Positions 41,101-50,593 of a stretch of 64,000 bases of DNA are shown piece after piece (position 1 is the stretch's first letter; every line of letters begins with the position of its first letter). The notes under the pieces are model-generated. The model worked only from the letters and a program-made list of their open reading frames with translations. It searched no databases and was not told the origin of the DNA. The position numbers were made by a program, and so were the translations under genes. The stretch is from Planctomycetota bacterium (GTDB taxonomy: Bacteria > Planctomycetota > UBA8108 > UBA1146), in the NCBI GenBank assembly GCA_036338595.1, contig JAYZBV010000073.1, positions 14,635 through 78,634 on the forward strand. The letters are read 5' to 3'.

Positions 41101-41359
41101 GCAGGAACTGAAGCAGCCGCGCAAGATCGAACTTCGCCGTGCTACTCCCGAGCAGAAGCAGCAGCGTCTGGTCGATCTGGAGAACTTCCATGAGGTGCAT
41201 GCCGATGCAGTGTCTCCAGCGCTGGAGAGATTGAAGGAGGTGGCCCTGACCGGAGGAAACATCTTCAGGGAACTCATCGCCACGGTTCGCGTGGCAAGCC
41301 TCGGTCAGATCACGCGGGCGCTCTATGATGTCGGCGGGCGTTACAGAAGAAATATGTGA
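38198..41359 (+). CDS. icmF: Fused isobutyryl-CoA mutase IcmF (B12-binding, GTPase and mutase domains)
   Basis: FDGHDASIN (B12 His), GTGGAGKSS/ETSG/NKFD G-domain, RMFAGEG (Phe typical of ICM rather than the Tyr of MCM), HIQTSGRSL. Confidence 0.93.
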   Translation: MRPARFVTAASLFDGHDASINIMRRVLQDQGAEVIHLGHNRSAEEIVDTAIQEDADAIAVSSYQGGHNEFFRYMRDLLVEKGSPWIRIFGGGGGVIIEDEINALHDYGIDRIYSPADGREMGLEGMIRDMLKRVGSVNGMAERGDALPQRITLVELGEVFEPNKKQVPVVGLTGTGGAGKSSLTDEVLRRFLQDFPERRFAVITVDPTKRRTGGALLGDRIRINSADNPRAYVRSLATRSSGVEVPETIRGAVEQVQSEGFDLVLLETSGIGQGDSRITDLADLSVYVMTPEYGAASQLEKIDMIDFADIVILNKFDRPGARDAIRDVRKQFRRSRGIFDPEVKDEDLAVFGTTASHFNDAGVEKFYGHLLATLSEADGENWLIQNDRVSVDGADRPAPIPSERAGYLLEIVSGIAEYHRGVEDSARIASDAQALLRSAELIEAQNPEAGERLKEMAFTIKGSIDPRVLKILEAWPEVAAAYREEELVFGVRDKEIREPLHFESLSGNKISRVALPRLQGQGDLTRWLLKENLPGHFPFTAGVFPFRRRDEHPKRMFAGEGPPEKTNERFHYLCEGEDVHRLSTAFDSVTLYGEDPDLRPDIYGKVGESGVSICNLDDMKKLYDGFDLCSPSTSVSMTINGPAPMILAMYFNAAFDQQIDQFRQKNGTEPSQEQLIEIQRHVLRSVRGTVQADILKEDQAQNTCIFSTDFALRMMGDIQQFFIEEQVRNYYSVSISGYHIAEAGANPISQLAFTLANGFTYVEYYLSRGMEIDDFARNLSFFFSNGLDAEYAVLGRVARRIWAIAMRDVYGANERSQKLKYHIQTSGRSLHAMEIDFNDIRTTLQALMAYYDQCNSLHTNAFDEAITTPTQDSVRRAMAIQLIVAKELGLAQNDNPIQGAFITDELTELVEAAVLDEFRRLHERGGVLGAMERQYQRSRIQEESLLYEHRKQSGDLPIVGINTFLRPEQELKQPRKIELRRATPEQKQQRLVDLENFHEVHADAVSPALERLKEVALTGGNIFRELIATVRVASLGQITRALYDVGGRYRRNM

Positions 41360-41375
41360 TCCAGAACGCTAGCGA

Positions 41376-41738
41376 TCAGCCGGCATTTCTCCTTCTTGCA
41401 GCAGACCATCCGAGTAGAACGAAGCCAAGAAACGACAGCCAGCCGTGCCCAGTGATCCAGTTGTGAGATGTCTCGGCTGAGGTGAGTCCCAGCATCGGAA
41501 TCAATATGACCCCCATGGCGATCGATAGGCACAGCCATGCGAGTGTCGAGATGACTTCCCCACGGCCCCTGACGAACCAACTCATGACGACAAGCAAGGC
41601 AGCCAGCGGCGAGGCGATGAGTAGATGAAGCAGTAACCAGTTGCCTCGAAGATCTACATCGAGCGGAAGGCCCGGGATGGCGGTGATGGCTGCCACCACG
41701 ACCAGTACCAGTGAGAGTCTGGAGATCTTTAATCTCAT
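41376..41738 (-). CDS. Small four-helix membrane protein with His in TM segments
   Basis: Four hydrophobic stretches; LLLHLL and ITGHGW; ATGA overlap with the cytochrome gene. Confidence 0.65.
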   Translation of the reverse strand: MRLKISRLSLVLVVVAAITAIPGLPLDVDLRGNWLLLHLLIASPLAALLVVMSWFVRGRGEVISTLAWLCLSIAMGVILIPMLGLTSAETSHNWITGHGWLSFLGFVLLGWSAARRRNAG

Positions 41739-43423
41739 GACGATTCCCTGTCGATGGATTTCCACAGTGACAGGAGTCCGCCAAAGATGGCGAGTGATGC
41801 GCAGATGGTGAAGTAAATCTTGCCCAGGTCTCTACCGGTGAACAAGAGCGCCCATCGCTGCCATAGATTTCGATCCACGATTCCCTGGTCGAGAGGTGAG
41901 CGGGCGACCACAACTGAGTCGATGGGCAGCAGTGTCGTGGCGCCGATGGCGCTGTCGATCCAACGACTGGCGACCGAATGACAATCGGTACACCCCTGAG
42001 CGCCCACGGCAGTGCGGGCCGGGCGGACCGGATGAGAGATGGCCCAGTGAACCGGAGATGCAGCGGTCGATGAGAAGGACTCCAACTTCCCATCGCCGCT
42101 CGATCGATGCGCCAGACCTCCGCTGATGAGGACAGCGGTTTGCCCGTCTGCAAGAGGAGACTGAAGTTGCTGCAGCGCCCTGTCGAGGTGGGCCGATGCG
42201 CTTTCGCCCGACAGTTCTTCAGAGACCTCAGCGACCAGATCTGCGCGCACACGCAGGGCCCTGCGAAGTGGTCTGCGTAAATCTGCTGGGGAGAGAAATG
42301 AGAACTCCCCCGCTGCATCGAGGACGCCCCAGCCGTTGGGCCAACTGGTTCGAACGGGACCGATGATGCCCGCCTCATCTCTGAGCAGCCCGTTTGCGAT
42401 GATCCGTGGAGGTGTGTTGGGGAGCCGTAGTTGGCTCGGTTCACCGAGGCGGTGCGCTCTGGATGTCCACTGCTGGATGGGGCTCACAGTCGGTGATGGA
42501 CCCGAGTGGCAAGCGGTGCAGTGAATTTCATCGAGATGGAACGGTGGCAAGCCACGGTGCTGCGGGATCGGGGCCCCCAGGCCGCCACCGTCCGGGTCGA
42601 GATGGCAGCCGCGACAACTGAGAGCGGAGACATCCCGTCCGGAAGGGTGCACCTCCTCCTCGAAGCCACGCACCATGTGGTGATCGATACCAGATCGGTG
42701 GCAGTCGACACAGGTGAGACCTGCTGCCAGATGCACGTCCTGCTCGTGGAGCCAGCCTCGACCGCCGTCGCTGTCCAGATCCCTGACGGTATGGCAACGA
42801 AAACAGGTTTCATTCCCCGCATCGGAGAGCAGTTTCCATTCGACCTGACCCTTTGAATCGAACTCTCGTGGGTCGTATTTTCCGTCAGGATCGAGAATCC
42901 CGACCGCATGAAATGGTGCGAGATTCACATCACCGGAATCGATCTTTTCTATTCGCTTCGAGAAGCTGTAGCCCTCTGCGAGATGGCAAACGAGGCAATC
43001 AGAAGCGGAGCCGAGGGTTGTGTCATGGCGTCCGAAGGTGCGACTCCAACTGGTAGCGTCCATCCCGAGAGCATCCGGATGCTGATATCCTGGCCAGGAG
43101 CGCTGATGAACGGGCAGTCTGGTGGCGCTGCGGGGGTCGACGAGGAACCACGGTTCACCCGCCCTGCCATCGGGACCCTCCTTGCCATGCAGCCCTCCAG
43201 AAGCGGCCTCGACATCGTGACAGGGGGCGCAACTTCTGGCGAGATCGGGGGTGGTTGCATCGGGATCGAAGGGATCGATCTCACGTCCGGTAGCGTCTCG
43301 AAGAGTGATCCGATGCAGGTATGGATCATCGGAATCGGTGCGTTTCCATGTCGCTTCCTGAGCATCGATGCTGCAGCACAACAGCGACATCAACAGCAGC
43401 AGTGAAAACGCTGACCTAATCAT
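41735..43423 (-). CDS. Exported, C-terminally anchored multiheme c-type cytochrome (7 CxxCH)
   Basis: CAPCH, CLVCH, CFRCH, CVDCH, CRGCH, CTACH, CTDCH; signal peptide; C-terminal TM helix. Confidence 0.88.
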   Translation of the reverse strand: MIRSAFSLLLLMSLLCCSIDAQEATWKRTDSDDPYLHRITLRDATGREIDPFDPDATTPDLARSCAPCHDVEAASGGLHGKEGPDGRAGEPWFLVDPRSATRLPVHQRSWPGYQHPDALGMDATSWSRTFGRHDTTLGSASDCLVCHLAEGYSFSKRIEKIDSGDVNLAPFHAVGILDPDGKYDPREFDSKGQVEWKLLSDAGNETCFRCHTVRDLDSDGGRGWLHEQDVHLAAGLTCVDCHRSGIDHHMVRGFEEEVHPSGRDVSALSCRGCHLDPDGGGLGAPIPQHRGLPPFHLDEIHCTACHSGPSPTVSPIQQWTSRAHRLGEPSQLRLPNTPPRIIANGLLRDEAGIIGPVRTSWPNGWGVLDAAGEFSFLSPADLRRPLRRALRVRADLVAEVSEELSGESASAHLDRALQQLQSPLADGQTAVLISGGLAHRSSGDGKLESFSSTAASPVHWAISHPVRPARTAVGAQGCTDCHSVASRWIDSAIGATTLLPIDSVVVARSPLDQGIVDRNLWQRWALLFTGRDLGKIYFTICASLAIFGGLLSLWKSIDRESS

Positions 43424-44585
43424 CCTGGTCGGGCTCTTGCTTTTCGATGGGGGCTCTCAGTTCCTTGTATCCCTCTTTCAACTGGCGCTGAATCGACTCG
43501 ACCCCTGGATCCCACCAGCGAGCTTGCTCCGATGCGGCAGGTGGTTTTTCCGGACGAACGAGGCGAAAGCCGACATGGAAGGCATCGGTGCACCACCAGA
43601 GACTCTTCGGGATCTGTGGATCTCGCTTCTGCCACTTCCGAGTCGACGATGCTCTGGACGCTGAGCGACATCGTTCGGGGTCGTCCTGCCAGGAGCCTCC
43701 CCTGACCACAGCAGGCCAGATTTTTATCGGCCAGTTCACCGCATCCGAGTAGAGCAACTTCTGACCGCTCAGTTCGCTGTAGCCTTCTTCAGAATAGGCA
43801 TCGAGGGTCCATTCGGACACATTGCCGTAGAGATCGTGGACACCCCATCGATTGGGAGCCAGGGTGCCGACCCTCCGGTATCCCGCTCCCAGACCCGGGT
43901 ATCCCGAATCGGGATCCTCGTACTCACTGTTGTCGAAGTACCAGGCGTATCTGTCCAGTTGACTGGCATCATCGCCGAAGGAGTAGGCGCTCTGCTGACC
44001 GCAGCGAGCCGCATACTCCCACTCCGCTTCCGTCGGCAGCCGAATGAACTGTCCCGTCTTCTTTGACAGCCACTTGGAAAATTGCATGGCGGCGAACTGA
44101 GTCACATCTGCGACCGGGTAACCGCCCGAGGTACCCAGGCCATCGAGGATGGGCCGCGAGTCCTGTTCCCAGAGAGGGGTCGGGATACTGACGGCATCGG
44201 CCCACACCGATTCACTGGATCGATCACCTGGGATTCGACCATCCTGGAGAATCCCGTACTGCTGCCGGAACAGGTCGAAGGCATCCCAGGTCACCTCGCA
44301 CTTCATGATCGAGAAGGGTTCCACCGTGACGGTCCAGGTCGGTCCCTCATCTTTCGTGCGTCCCTTTTCACTCGCCGGTGAACCGATCTGGATCGTTGTG
44401 GGATAGCCATCCTTGCCGACCGGAATCGATACCCAGGTGATCTCGACCTTCGAGCCGGGAATCTGCTGTGTCTGCGTTTTCACGAGCGTCTCGTCGGCAA
44501 CTTCCAGAACCGGATGGGCCTCGGCAGGGGCTGAAGGCAGCGTCTGAAGTGCAGTGGATAACAGGGTCGAGAAGAGCAGGTTCAA
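43416..44585 (-). CDS. FGE-sulfatase/SUMF1-fold exported protein (not a canonical FGE)
   Basis: DEGP, EVTW, RLPTEAEWEYAAR, PNRWGVHDLYGNVSEW, RGGSW, GFRLV. TTG start after GGAAGGA; the track start is 44678. Confidence 0.85.
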   Translation of the reverse strand: MNLLFSTLLSTALQTLPSAPAEAHPVLEVADETLVKTQTQQIPGSKVEITWVSIPVGKDGYPTTIQIGSPASEKGRTKDEGPTWTVTVEPFSIMKCEVTWDAFDLFRQQYGILQDGRIPGDRSSESVWADAVSIPTPLWEQDSRPILDGLGTSGGYPVADVTQFAAMQFSKWLSKKTGQFIRLPTEAEWEYAARCGQQSAYSFGDDASQLDRYAWYFDNSEYEDPDSGYPGLGAGYRRVGTLAPNRWGVHDLYGNVSEWTLDAYSEEGYSELSGQKLLYSDAVNWPIKIWPAVVRGGSWQDDPERCRSASRASSTRKWQKRDPQIPKSLWWCTDAFHVGFRLVRPEKPPAASEQARWWDPGVESIQRQLKEGYKELRAPIEKQEPDQDD

Positions 44586-44706
44586 GGGTGTCCTTCCGGT
44601 GATCGATCGCTCTACCTGCCCGGCAGATGCCAGTTGGTAGGTGCCCACGGACTCCGCAGGCGGGTACAAGGCACGCATGATGTCTCACTACCTCGCTCCC
44701 GTCCAG

Positions 44707-45798
44707 ATGTCACGACCTGGCGCAGCAGAACTCATTTCGCTGATCAGGAGGAATCGTCATCCCCTGCTGTTGTGGCTCCTGATCCTCTGCTGTGGCTGTC
44801 AGGCTCCCCTGCACAGGGTGCAGATCGATCACGGTGCCATGGGTACCCGCTTCCGGATCACGGCATTTCATCGAGATCGTGACACCGTCGAAGAGGTGTC
44901 CCGATTGGCGGTGGCCAGGATCGACCAGATCGAGAAGTCCTGCTCGGACTGGGATTCCAGCAGCGAATTGAGAAGGCTGTGTCGATCTGCCCCTCACGGA
45001 GAACCGGTGGCTGTCAGTGATGATTTGCTCGAGGTTCTGGCGCGGTCGGTGGCGATCTCGAAGGCGAGCAACGGCGCATTTGACCCGACCGTTGGTTCTC
45101 TCGTCAGGTTATGGCGCAGGTGCCACCAGGCGGGGCGGCTCCCGCGCGAACATGAACTGGAGCGAGCAAGGGAGGGAATGGGTATCGATGGCATCGTGAT
45201 CGATAGGGCTGGTGGAACCGTACAACTGTTACGCAAGGGAATCGCCATCGACCTCGGCGGGATTGCCAAGGGATTTGCGGTGGCTGAAGCGTTCGATGAG
45301 ATGGAGAGGGCAGGCATCTGTCATCTGATCATCGATGGTGGCGGAGACCTGGTACTCGGAGATCCTCCGCCTGGGCGGGATGGTTGGCGGATCGAGATCG
45401 CAGCGTCTGCAGATCAGGAATCGGAAACGGCTCGACCACTTCGGCTACTTGTCCACGGTCGCGGCGCCATCGCGACCAGTGGAGATGCGAGTCGATTCAT
45501 CCATATCGGAGATCGGCGATACAGCCATATCCTTGATCCGGTTACCGGAGTTGGCATCGAGGGACCCCACGCTGCCACGGTTTTTTCCGAGGATGGTGCC
45601 ACCGCAGACGCTCTTGCCACTGCGATCTCCGTACTCGAGCCCGCTGCCGCTGAAAAACTGATCCGTGACTTTCCCGGTTCTTCAGCGCTGCTGGTGAATC
45701 CCCTGGATGGGACTCTTCAGGTGCTGGGAGAGATCCCGGCGACCTTCATTCACAGCAGAACCACCTCTGGAGAAGCGTCCTTCTGGTCAGTACCATGA
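44707..45798 (+). CDS. apbE: FAD:protein FMN transferase (ApbE), probable lipoprotein
   Basis: AMGT, GAFDPTVG, DLGGIAKGFA, GGD, ATSG, SHILDP.TG, ADALAT. Start uncertain. Confidence 0.92.
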   Translation: MSRPGAAELISLIRRNRHPLLLWLLILCCGCQAPLHRVQIDHGAMGTRFRITAFHRDRDTVEEVSRLAVARIDQIEKSCSDWDSSSELRRLCRSAPHGEPVAVSDDLLEVLARSVAISKASNGAFDPTVGSLVRLWRRCHQAGRLPREHELERAREGMGIDGIVIDRAGGTVQLLRKGIAIDLGGIAKGFAVAEAFDEMERAGICHLIIDGGGDLVLGDPPPGRDGWRIEIAASADQESETARPLRLLVHGRGAIATSGDASRFIHIGDRRYSHILDPVTGVGIEGPHAATVFSEDGATADALATAISVLEPAAAEKLIRDFPGSSALLVNPLDGTLQVLGEIPATFIHSRTTSGEASFWSVP

Positions 45799-45846
45799 AG
45801 GCTGTCTCCCAGGCTCAGGAGATCAGCTCAATGAAATGGGGTATTC

Positions 45847-47163
45847 GTGGACCCAGGATCACAGGATACATCTGCTCAACCTCCGTCGAGTATTGACCGG
45901 AGGACCTTCCTCAGTGCTTCAGGCGGCGCGCTGGCTGCGGCGGCGATCGGAACTACGGCACTCGATGCATTCCCCTCGATGGTACACAACTCGTCCGATG
46001 AGACGATTCGCGTCGGTCTGGTCGGATGCGGGGGTCGAGGAACGGGTGCCGCTGTCAATGCCCTGAATGTGGAACCGAGAGTGAAAATTGTTGCTCTGGG
46101 AGACATCTTTGCCGATCGGCTCGAGAGTTCTCACAAGAATCTTCTCGATGGCGATCACGCTGATCGTGTCGATGTTCCCGAGGAGATGCGGTTCTCTGGC
46201 TGGGACAATTTCGAGAAGGTGATCGACAATTGTGATGTCGTGATCCTGGCTACCACACCGCACTTCCGTCCAGAGCAGATCGAAAAGGCGGTGGCTGCGG
46301 GGAAGCACATTTTCGCAGAGAAGCCGATCGCAACCGATGCCCCAGGAGTGGCCAGGGTTCGTGAGGCTGCCCGCATCGCCGACCAGAAAGGGCTCACCCT
46401 CGTCAGTGGACTCTGCTATCGCTACCAGGATTCGAAGCGGGAGACGATTGATCGTATTCATGATGGATCCATCGGTGACATCGTCACTCTGCAGTGTACA
46501 TACAACACTGGTGGCCTGTGGCATCGAGGCCGCAAGGATGAGTGGAGTGAGATGGAGTACCAGATCAGAAACTGGTACTACTTCAACTGGCTCAGTGGCG
46601 ATCACATCACAGAACAAAGCATTCACAGCATCGACAAGATGATGTGGGCGATGAAGGATGCGCCTCCCGCCAAGTGTACAGCGAGTGGTGGTCGGGCCTG
46701 TCGAACAGATGAGAAGTGGGGCGACATCTACGATCACTTCAACTGTGTGTTCGAGTGGGATAACGGTACAAAGTTGTTCCACTCCTGCCGTCAATGGAGT
46801 GGTGCCGACGGCGATGTCAGTGACTATGTATTCGGTACCAGGGGGACGGCCGCAATCCAGCGCCACCGAGTCGATGGTGAGGTCAACTGGCGATTCGATG
46901 GATCTCCCAATGACATGTACGATGCCGAATGGGTTGAACTGTTTCGTTCGGTCAAGGGTGAACGGGATCGGATCAACAACGGCGAGTACATGTGTAACAG
47001 CACGCTCGCCTCGATTCTGGGCCGCACGGCGGCGTACACAGGAAAGACCATCACCTGGGATGAGATGGTCAAAAGCGAACTGGACCTGAGTCCGCCCGCA
47101 TACGAGTTCGGGCCGGCACCTGTGGTGGAAATCGCTCGTCCGGGCACCACCAAGTTCAGTTAG
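45847..47163 (+). CDS. Tat-exported Gfo/Idh/MocA-family oxidoreductase
   Basis: Twin-arginine IDRRTFL; GCGGRG; EKPIA; NWYYFNWLSGDHITEQSIHSID. Confidence 0.9.
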   Translation: MDPGSQDTSAQPPSSIDRRTFLSASGGALAAAAIGTTALDAFPSMVHNSSDETIRVGLVGCGGRGTGAAVNALNVEPRVKIVALGDIFADRLESSHKNLLDGDHADRVDVPEEMRFSGWDNFEKVIDNCDVVILATTPHFRPEQIEKAVAAGKHIFAEKPIATDAPGVARVREAARIADQKGLTLVSGLCYRYQDSKRETIDRIHDGSIGDIVTLQCTYNTGGLWHRGRKDEWSEMEYQIRNWYYFNWLSGDHITEQSIHSIDKMMWAMKDAPPAKCTASGGRACRTDEKWGDIYDHFNCVFEWDNGTKLFHSCRQWSGADGDVSDYVFGTRGTAAIQRHRVDGEVNWRFDGSPNDMYDAEWVELFRSVKGERDRINNGEYMCNSTLASILGRTAAYTGKTITWDEMVKSELDLSPPAYEFGPAPVVEIARPGTTKFS

Positions 47164-47214
47164 CGATTCAACAGGCATCAGGCGGTGCCCCAGCTGGGGT
47201 ACCGGCGATCCGCG

Positions 47215-47249
47215 GGGCCCTCGTGACAGCAGTTACGAGGGCCTTTTTT
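47215..47249 (+). terminator. Intrinsic terminator
   Basis: GGCCCTCGTGAC-AGCA-GTTACGAGGGCC followed by TTTTTT. Confidence 0.88.
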
Positions 47250-47305
47250 CATCGATCGATCCTGCGTTATCCTGATCTGCGGAGCGACCCGAAAGGAGAC
47301 TCTCG

Positions 47306-48007
47306 ATGCGAGTGATGCTGTGCTCGATTCTGATACTGGTCGGTACCATGACGCCTGCGATGACATGCCAGCAGCCTCCCGGCAATCAGCATGAAGAGAC
47401 AAGACTGCCAAGGGTGTTGATCATCGGGGATTCCATCTCCATCGGCTACACACCGTTCGTGAAGGAGGAACTCAAGGGCCGCGTGACTGTGAGCCATAAT
47501 CCTGGAAATGCCCAGCACACCGGCACCGGGTTGAAAAAAATAGATGAGTGGCTCGGGAATGAAAGCTGGGATGTGATCCACTTCAACTGGGGGCTGTGGG
47601 ATCTGTGCTACCGCGATCCTCCAGGATCACTCAAGCGCGGGAAAAAGAATGGTCGAGTCTCGATCGAGTTGGATCAGTACCAGAAGAACCTTGAAAAATT
47701 GATCATCCGGCTCAAGAAGACCGGTGCCAAATTGATCTGGGCCAGCACCACCTTCGTCCCGGAAGGTGAAACAGGTCGAAAGATGGGCGATGATCTACGC
47801 TACAACGAGGTCGCCAGGAAGTTGATGAAGAAACATCGGATCGTCATCAACGATCTTCATGCAGCCAGTGCTGGTTTCCCCGGGGAGTTGTTCAGGGCTC
47901 CGGGAGATGTCCACTTCAAACCGGAAGGCCGGAAAAAACTGGCAGCGCTCGTCAATGCCAAGATCGTCGAAGCCCTGTCGTTAGCAGAGCAGCGCAGCGT
48001 CCACTAG
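47306..48007 (+). CDS. Exported SGNH/GDSL hydrolase
   Basis: IIGDSIS (block I), HFNWGLWD, DVHF (block V); signal peptide. Confidence 0.88.
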   Translation: MRVMLCSILILVGTMTPAMTCQQPPGNQHEETRLPRVLIIGDSISIGYTPFVKEELKGRVTVSHNPGNAQHTGTGLKKIDEWLGNESWDVIHFNWGLWDLCYRDPPGSLKRGKKNGRVSIELDQYQKNLEKLIIRLKKTGAKLIWASTTFVPEGETGRKMGDDLRYNEVARKLMKKHRIVINDLHAASAGFPGELFRAPGDVHFKPEGRKKLAALVNAKIVEALSLAEQRSVH

Positions 48008-48792
48008 GATGAGGCGCTGGAGTAGTGTCGAAGCGCAAAATTCCAGAAGGAGCGCATGCCCAGGAATGCGACGGCAGTGACACCCAGAATCTGGCCTATG
48101 ATGAGCGGGTCGGGCCCATCGAACAGGACATGAGCGGGAAGTGCGATCACCAGCAAGGCTGGAAAGATCGTCATGAGGAATCGTCTTGTCCAGTCAGAAT
48201 AGATCCTATCTGGTCGCTCCATCAGTTTCGTGGCCGAAAAGAAAGCGTTTACCAGGCCACGGTTGGTGTGAATCCAGAACACCGGGATCTGGAAATACAT
48301 CTGCATGATGTAGTGAAGAAGACTGCCGTTGAGGAGCAGGAACAGGAACCATATCAGGTTGTCGAGTCCCAGTTCACCGGGATACCTCATCAACGACCAT
48401 GCAAGGATGCCACCTGCGATGATCAGGTTCAGAAATGAATTTGCAGCGAAATCTCTCAGGCTCAGGAAAAACAAAGATGAGACCGGGCGAACGATGTAGT
48501 AATCGAGATCGCCCTTGTTCACATAGATCGGCATCCACCACATGTTGTTACTGAAGACGGTCATGTGGATGGCATCGATCACCAGATATCCGGAGACAAA
48601 GATCAGGATCTGGTCATAGTTCCAGCCCCCCAGCAGATCCGTGTGCTGGTAGAGGATGGTGAAGAAGGCAAGTTCGACGGCATAGAAGACACAGTCCATG
48701 ACGATTCGGAACCAGAAGTCCATCCGGTACTCCAGAGATCTGCTGAAGGAGAACTTCAGGAACTGGAGATAGAGCTTCAGGTATCGGGCCAT
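48004..48792 (-). CDS. ABC-2 family permease
   Basis: LEYRMDF, GGW, GDLDYYIVRPVS; about six TM helices; TGATG overlap. Confidence 0.85.
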   Translation of the reverse strand: MARYLKLYLQFLKFSFSRSLEYRMDFWFRIVMDCVFYAVELAFFTILYQHTDLLGGWNYDQILIFVSGYLVIDAIHMTVFSNNMWWMPIYVNKGDLDYYIVRPVSSLFFLSLRDFAANSFLNLIIAGGILAWSLMRYPGELGLDNLIWFLFLLLNGSLLHYIMQMYFQIPVFWIHTNRGLVNAFFSATKLMERPDRIYSDWTRRFLMTIFPALLVIALPAHVLFDGPDPLIIGQILGVTAVAFLGMRSFWNFALRHYSSASS

Positions 48793-49607
48793 CAGATGCC
48801 TACTCCGGTGTACCGCAAGCCACCACGCTTCCAGAAGGGAACGGCCAAAAATCCCATGACGATGCACCAGATGAGGCAACTACCGATTCCGGTTGCCCAC
48901 TCGGCCACTCCCACCTTCCCGAGTAGTACCAGCGTCGGGAACTGGTACAGGTAAACAAAGGGGAGCCACGAGAGAAGCTGCTGCATCGGTTCGGGAAACA
49001 GTGACAGTGGCAGCAATGCCCCGCCCAGCAGCATGCTGACAAAGCGAAGCAGCACCGAAAGACTCCAGACATTGTCAGCCCAGAAGGCGACGAATTGCGG
49101 AGGAAGGCTCATCAAGAAGAAGAGCAGGTGAGCGACCATGATCGATGGCACTGCCATCGCCACCGATGCCGGAGAAACGATCGCAGTGGTAGAGAGACCC
49201 AGTGCTGGAATGGCCACCATCGCCATCAGCAATGATTGAACCAGGTCCGGAGCCACATTCCCCAGCTGCTGGGCGTATTTGGTGAGGACGTAGTTGCGAG
49301 GGTAGACCAGGAACCGGCTCAGTGTTCCATCGTAGATCTCTGTTGCGATGGTCATCTGTAGATCACCGCCTCGGACGATCCGTCCTGTCAGGAAAACCAT
49401 GACACCGTAAGCGAGTATTCCCTGCAGATCCCAACCGCCAATGAACTGCTGATTCGATTCCGAGAAGAGGGCATTCCAGATGGCCCAGAGCACGACGAGG
49501 TGAGCGACCATGTTGACCAGCATCGTGATCCAGAAGTCGACCCGATAACTCATCAACTTACGTGCTTCAAGACTGATCATGTGCAGGAAGAAAGACCCGC
49601 TCCTCAT
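48792..49607 (-). CDS. ABC-2 family permease
   Basis: SYRVDF, IYDGTLSRFLVYP, GALLPLSLFP..WLPF. Confidence 0.85.
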   Translation of the reverse strand: MRSGSFFLHMISLEARKLMSYRVDFWITMLVNMVAHLVVLWAIWNALFSESNQQFIGGWDLQGILAYGVMVFLTGRIVRGGDLQMTIATEIYDGTLSRFLVYPRNYVLTKYAQQLGNVAPDLVQSLLMAMVAIPALGLSTTAIVSPASVAMAVPSIMVAHLLFFLMSLPPQFVAFWADNVWSLSVLLRFVSMLLGGALLPLSLFPEPMQQLLSWLPFVYLYQFPTLVLLGKVGVAEWATGIGSCLIWCIVMGFLAVPFWKRGGLRYTGVGI

Positions 49608-50593
49608 TCCAGGTCACCGCTGCGGCCTGCCATGATGCGTTCGATGGTGTCGCTGATTTCTGGATCACCGATGGAGAGATCTATGACGGGGAATAGCCGC
49701 AATATCTCGGCTGCAACTTCGGGTACTTTTTCGCGACTGACCTGCAGGCAGATGTTGCCAGGATCACAGTGAGAGATCTTCCCCATCTTCTCGAGCACCT
49801 GCCGATCGGGCTCAGTGCCTCGGTGCAGGTGAACCTGCAGATTTTTGTAAGGTGCATACTTTTGCATGACACGCTCGAGACTTCCGTCGTAGACGATGTC
49901 TCCCTCGCGGATGATGATGATGCGTTCGCACAGGCGTTCGATGTCCTCCATGTAGTGACTCGTGAGCAGCATTGCGGGCGCATTTTCTCGGCGATATTCG
50001 AGCAGGAAATCGCGAACGGCTCGCTGAGCTGTGATGTCGAGCCCTATCGTCGGCTCGTCGAGGTACACGACCCTGGGGGAGTGCAACAAGGCTGCAACCA
50101 GTTCCAGTTTCATGCGCTCACCGAGAGATAGGCGACGAATCTGGATGTTCAGTTCATCCTGGATGCCGAGCATGGTGGTGAGCCGTTCCAGTGATTCCCG
50201 GTACTCTCTGGGTGGGATCTGGTAAACCTCACGAAGCAGATCAAAGCAATCGGCACCGGGAAGATCCCACCACATCGAGGCTTTCTGGCCCATGATGAGT
50301 GCGATTTGGCGACGGAAGTCGTCTTCTCGCTGCCAGGGCACATGTCCGAGCACGGTGGCCTCACCGGAACTGGGATGGATGATTCCAGACAGCATCTTCA
50401 CCAGTGTCGTCTTGCCGGCTCCATTGGCCCCGATCAGACCGACGATCTCGCCCTCGCTGACCTCGAAGTCAGCTCCGGCGACGGCGACCTTCTCGATCCA
50501 GTCACGACGAAATAGCGACTTCACCGAGGCGGCCAGCCCCGGTTCCTTTCGGTGTACCCGAAACACCTTGCGTAAATTTCGAACTCTGATCAT
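49604..50593 (-). CDS. ABC transporter ATP-binding protein
   Basis: GANGAGKTT, LSLGERM, LDEPTIGLD, TSHYM. Confidence 0.93.
   Translation of the reverse strand: MIRVRNLRKVFRVHRKEPGLAASVKSLFRRDWIEKVAVAGADFEVSEGEIVGLIGANGAGKTTLVKMLSGIIHPSSGEATVLGHVPWQREDDFRRQIALIMGQKASMWWDLPGADCFDLLREVYQIPPREYRESLERLTTMLGIQDELNIQIRRLSLGERMKLELVAALLHSPRVVYLDEPTIGLDITAQRAVRDFLLEYRRENAPAMLLTSHYMEDIERLCERIIIIREGDIVYDGSLERVMQKYAPYKNLQVHLHRGTEPDRQVLEKMGKISHCDPGNICLQVSREKVPEVAAEILRLFPVIDLSIGDPEISDTIERIMAGRSGDLE

Noticed and set aside
41341..42444. 367-aa minus-strand ORF overlapping the cytochrome
   Set aside because: An alternative frame of genes with clear CxxCH or TM evidence; its composition is not protein-like.
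45919..47178. 419-aa antisense ORF
   Set aside because: Shadow of the Gfo/Idh/MocA gene, with no motifs of its own.
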